Positions 60,343 through 64,000 of a DNA stretch of 64,000 bases are shown here, piece after piece. Origin of the DNA: Hamiltosporidium tvaerminnensis FI-OER-3-3 (lineage: Eukaryota; Fungi; Microsporidia). Made by a program: the position numbers and the translations under genes. Location of the stretch: the NCBI GenBank assembly GCA_022605425.2, contig CM061249.1, positions 1,054,001 through 1,118,000 of the forward strand, given 5' to 3'. The notes beneath the pieces were generated by a model. The model was not told where the DNA came from, made no database searches, and worked only from the letters and a program-made list of their open reading frames with translations. How positions within the stretch are numbered: the first letter of the stretch is position 1; each line of letters begins with the position of its first letter.

Positions 60343-61960
60343 ATGCCATATTTAGTAAATATGTTCGTTCTTAATTTATATTTTTTAAATTTCATCTTGG
60401 ACCTGTTTTATAAAAAACAATTGCTTGGTTTTATATATTTGCTGTGTTCTGTTCTAAGTAAAAAGAAAAAGAGAGTATTAAACAAAATACAAGAATCAAA
60501 AGAAGTTGATACATCATGTGACGATGAAAATACTACACATGTTGTATATTGCAATGTCTCTGAGTATTTGATAGAATATGCGATATATTATGAATCACGG
60601 CTAGAAGCGTTTTTCGAATATTCTAGGAACTTTATAAATAACAGCCACGAGGAATCAAATATAATTGCCGTTAAAAATATCCGTTATAGCATTGAAAAAG
60701 GCGAAAAAAATACTTTTCGGAACATGAATTATATGAAACCTATTATGCTAAGCGTCTAGGAATGATCGAAAATTATATATTAAAGTTATGCTTAGAGTTG
60801 GTACATTTCAACCATTGGGACCGAAATGAATGGTCAAAGTCTAAAAAGTTTTTAGAAGATTCACTTAAAGATTACCTTGTTAAATATCCGATAGATGTAG
60901 CATTAGGCGGTAAAATGCTGAGCCAAACACCAATAAACCCAAAAAGAAAAATGAAAGAAATTAACGAGATAATTAAAGCTATTTCAGAGAATAAAGAATT
61001 AGAAGAATTTATTTTTGTTCAATTTGCGCATTTTTATGTGTCCTTTTTTTACAGGTCAATACTGGAGTTCTTGGGTTTCCACCGCTTTCTCGTATTCTCG
61101 GTTCCAGTAAATTAAGTGAAGCACGTAAGGAGAATAAAAAATCGGAAGTGTATTTTAAATCAATTAGGAATATTTATTCTGCTAAAAAGTGGAATTTTGT
61201 GCAAAATTTGTTTGAGAACAACTACAAAGATATCGATGAACATAAAATGAATTTAATTAGGAGGAATGGATTGTTTGGATTCCGGAAATCTCTTTTTAGA
61301 GGGTTTAGGAATCCATTTGACAGGTTAAACCAGTCTATGTTGAGCATTTATTCTAGCCATTATTCATGGAATGTGTTAAATGATTCATTTACGAATTGCA
61401 TATTTCCAAGATTCAATATCTTTTTTAGTGAAACCGAAATGCCTACTTTTGATTTTTTAAATATGTCAAGGAGAATCAATATGACTGTTATTCTTCAATC
61501 AGAGCCCTCATTAGTGGTTTTCTTGGAATATTTCATCAAAAAAGTCGATGAAAAATATTTTTATAAAATCTTTGTTGCAAAAGATACATCTGAAAAGAAA
61601 TCTCAACTTAGAAAATTGATAGATGGTATTTTTAAAGCAATAAAAAAAATAGAGCCCTTAAATACAGAAATATCAATTGGTCTTTACAATACATTGATCA
61701 ATATTTCAGTTGATGTTCATATTACTTTTGTTTTATATAAATTAGATTCCAGACTCTTCCCGTTCTTGAAAAACGAATTATTGAAGAATATAAAATCCGA
61801 AAATTTAAAGCAGAAAGTAAAAAACGAAATATTTGGCAATTCTGAGATATTCAATGTTTTTTTCGATTTATACAAGACATGTTTCTTAGAATCGACGGAT
61901 ACATTAAAAACATTGAAGCATGTAAAAGAAGTCGAGTTTATAGATTTGCCTAATGAATAA
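60343..61960 (+). pseudogene. Hypothetical gene broken into three consecutive ORFs (138, 117 and 270 aa)
   Basis: Same-strand ORFs separated by 2 and 32 nt, with uniform coding-like composition and a hydrophobic N-terminal segment. No family recognised. Confidence 0.55.
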
Positions 61961-63099
61961 AAATTATCATTTTCTTAAATTTTAATATTAATATTGTTTT
62001 TTGATTTGTAATTTCTGCATTCAAATTCGATAACGTAGTTTTAAAATATTTAATTGCAAAAAATATTCATTTTCTTCTCTATAAAATGGTAAATTTATAT
62101 TTGGTTTTAAAACACAATTAATTTCAGCAATTAATACGAATTACAGAAATATTATAGATTATAGAAGGATATAATACCTCATTTAAATTATGATCATACA
62201 ACTCAAATTTTCGTAGAATTGTTTTCTAAAGAACATGATAATTTGTTTATCCGTAAGCTTTCCACATTACAAAAGAAATTATCTATTAGTGCCATAACTA
62301 TTTGATAGCTGTTTTCTACACGAATATATTTTCATCTTTTCTTTTAATCTGTTTTTTTTCTAGTTCCTTGACATATATTCTTTACAATTCAACAAAACAC
62401 GGGTAAGCAGACAAAAATTAATAAGATATGAAAAGTTCCTCAAATCATTGAGTGTGTTTATTACACGGAAACCATAGAAGCTTATTTTTAGAAACTAAAA
62501 TAGTCTATGTGTGAAAATCAATATTATTACAAGAAAATTTTTGTCAATAGAATGAAAATTATCAGTGTTAGATGGTATTAAATATTCTTTTTCTAATCAT
62601 TCTATCAAAATATTCAATTCTTACTTTTCTAAAAAAACGTTGTGAAGTCTTTTCTGATAAAAATGTAAACTACTTCATACATTTTTCTTGTTTCTAAACT
62701 ATTCTTGTCTTCCAATAAAATCTACTGAATTGAATTTTAGATTAGATTTAAGCATATTTTCGTTTTACGGTACCCCTTTATGAGAGTGTATGTTTTGCTA
62801 TATTGCACTCGCAGGGTCTCGATAACGACTTTATTTCCTCTACACGTGTCCTCAGCTGTCTTACCAAACCTCCCCAGTTCATTTGTAATTACCCATCTCT
62901 GCGCGCATTTTTATTATAAACGAACCAATAAAAATGATATGCATTGAATATGTAACGACAATTAAGATTGCCGCTAAATGAAAATTACTGACTATTGTTT
63001 CTATGTAGTTTTATTGATGGTTTACATAAGTAACTCGCGACTTTAACTTAGTTCTGATTAAAATTCTTTTTTTGTTGAGGGTTTATCTTTTTAATATCG

Positions 63100-63950
63100 C
63101 TCCAGGATGAATGTGGAACGTCGCATGAATCTTTGGTTTTTGCATCATTTTAGAAAAAGTTTATTTCGGATCTATAGGTATGTTGTGTGTTTTAAGGACT
63201 TGTATGAATTTCGAGTGGTTATAAGTGTCTTAAGTGCAAGTCTTTTATTAAATTGTATAAACGGCATGAGTTTCTTGATGAGTTTTCGCATCAAAAAGGT
63301 TTCCTCTCATCATGGGAAACAGAGGAACAGGTGTATCTCATGGTTTAGTAAAGTCGATTGTGAATTGTGGAAATCTTTTAAATGCCTAAGTTATTTTGCG
63401 TGATAAGAATCAGATTTAAGTGATATATGAACTGTGTCAGTCAAGTGAATAATTTGTGTGTAACCAGGTTAGTTTTTTGTTTAAGTGTTTGAAAATATTT
63501 ATGAACGAGACTTCCACTAGGATTCGTCGTGAAAGAAATGTAGTTGTGCTTGATTAAAGCGAGTTTGGAAAGAAAAGCGCATACAAACTAAGCGGATTAA
63601 GTATTAATTAGTGTTTGTTGACATGGAGAAGATATCTAACAATTTATATCTTCTAGTTGTCGAATTGATGGATAAGAAGACTCTTTTAAGGATATTAAGG
63701 CAACGATTAGATCAGTAAACATTTATCGTTTTGGATCGCTGGGACTTATTCTCCTCTAAAAGATAAAACCTGTCATCATTTCAAAGTCAACCATACCTTT
63801 GAATTAAAAACTCAAGAATAATGTGCATAGAAACGCAATAGAAGGAATATGGTGTGCCATTAAAAAGGAAAAGCCCAATCGAGTTGTTACTAACTAGCTC
63901 GAAGCCTAACTCGCAGTGTATTAATAGCTATATATTTTCTAATAATGACA
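63100..63950 (+). mobile_element. Merlin / IS1595 (ISXO2-like) DDE transposase relic
   Basis: VVVLD*SEFGKK (about 63540), IVLDRW (63725), HFKVNH (about 63780) and VHRNAIEGIWCAIK (about 63820-63865) match the VEIDES.FGKRK / I.SD.W / H..VNH / HTN.IEG.W motifs. Confidence 0.8.
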
Positions 63951-64000
63951 ATCTTATGAAAACAACCATTAGGGAAATATAAAAGAATTTACCCTCCCCC

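Noticed and set aside
1-64000. tRNA, rRNA or snRNA genes
   Set aside because: None recognised by eye; tRNAscan-SE and Infernal would be needed to exclude them.

Overview
Very AT-rich, gene-poor eukaryotic DNA with no convincing introns. CCC motifs just upstream of start codons, divergent housekeeping genes, low-complexity 'QQGVN' insertions and the transposon mix point to a large-genome microsporidian (Hamiltosporidium-like); this is inference. The left half (about 0.7-28 kb) holds intact host genes: a minimal QTRT2/TGT-like subunit, an RNF121-like RING E3, two paralogous secreted coiled-coil proteins, a bZIP factor, and a 2529-aa Mot1/BTAF1 swollen by in-frame repeats. The right half is mostly transposon relics and pseudogenes: a near-full-length single-ORF R4/Dong-like RT-RLE retrotransposon plus fragments, two Tc1/mariner relics, Ginger-like and Merlin relics, an OLA1 pseudogene and frameshifted lineage-specific genes. 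The most striking unexplained system is a ~725-nt non-coding element rich in potential hairpins, present six times. Four copies have 12-13-bp target-site duplications (TSDs) and an AT-rich 3' end (TTAAATAAA in most copies), both matching the R4-like LINE. It looks like a structured-RNA non-autonomous retroelement with its autonomous partner in the same window. A second ~230-bp element looks like a bipartite RTE-derived SINE. All alignments, pairings and TSDs were read by eye.
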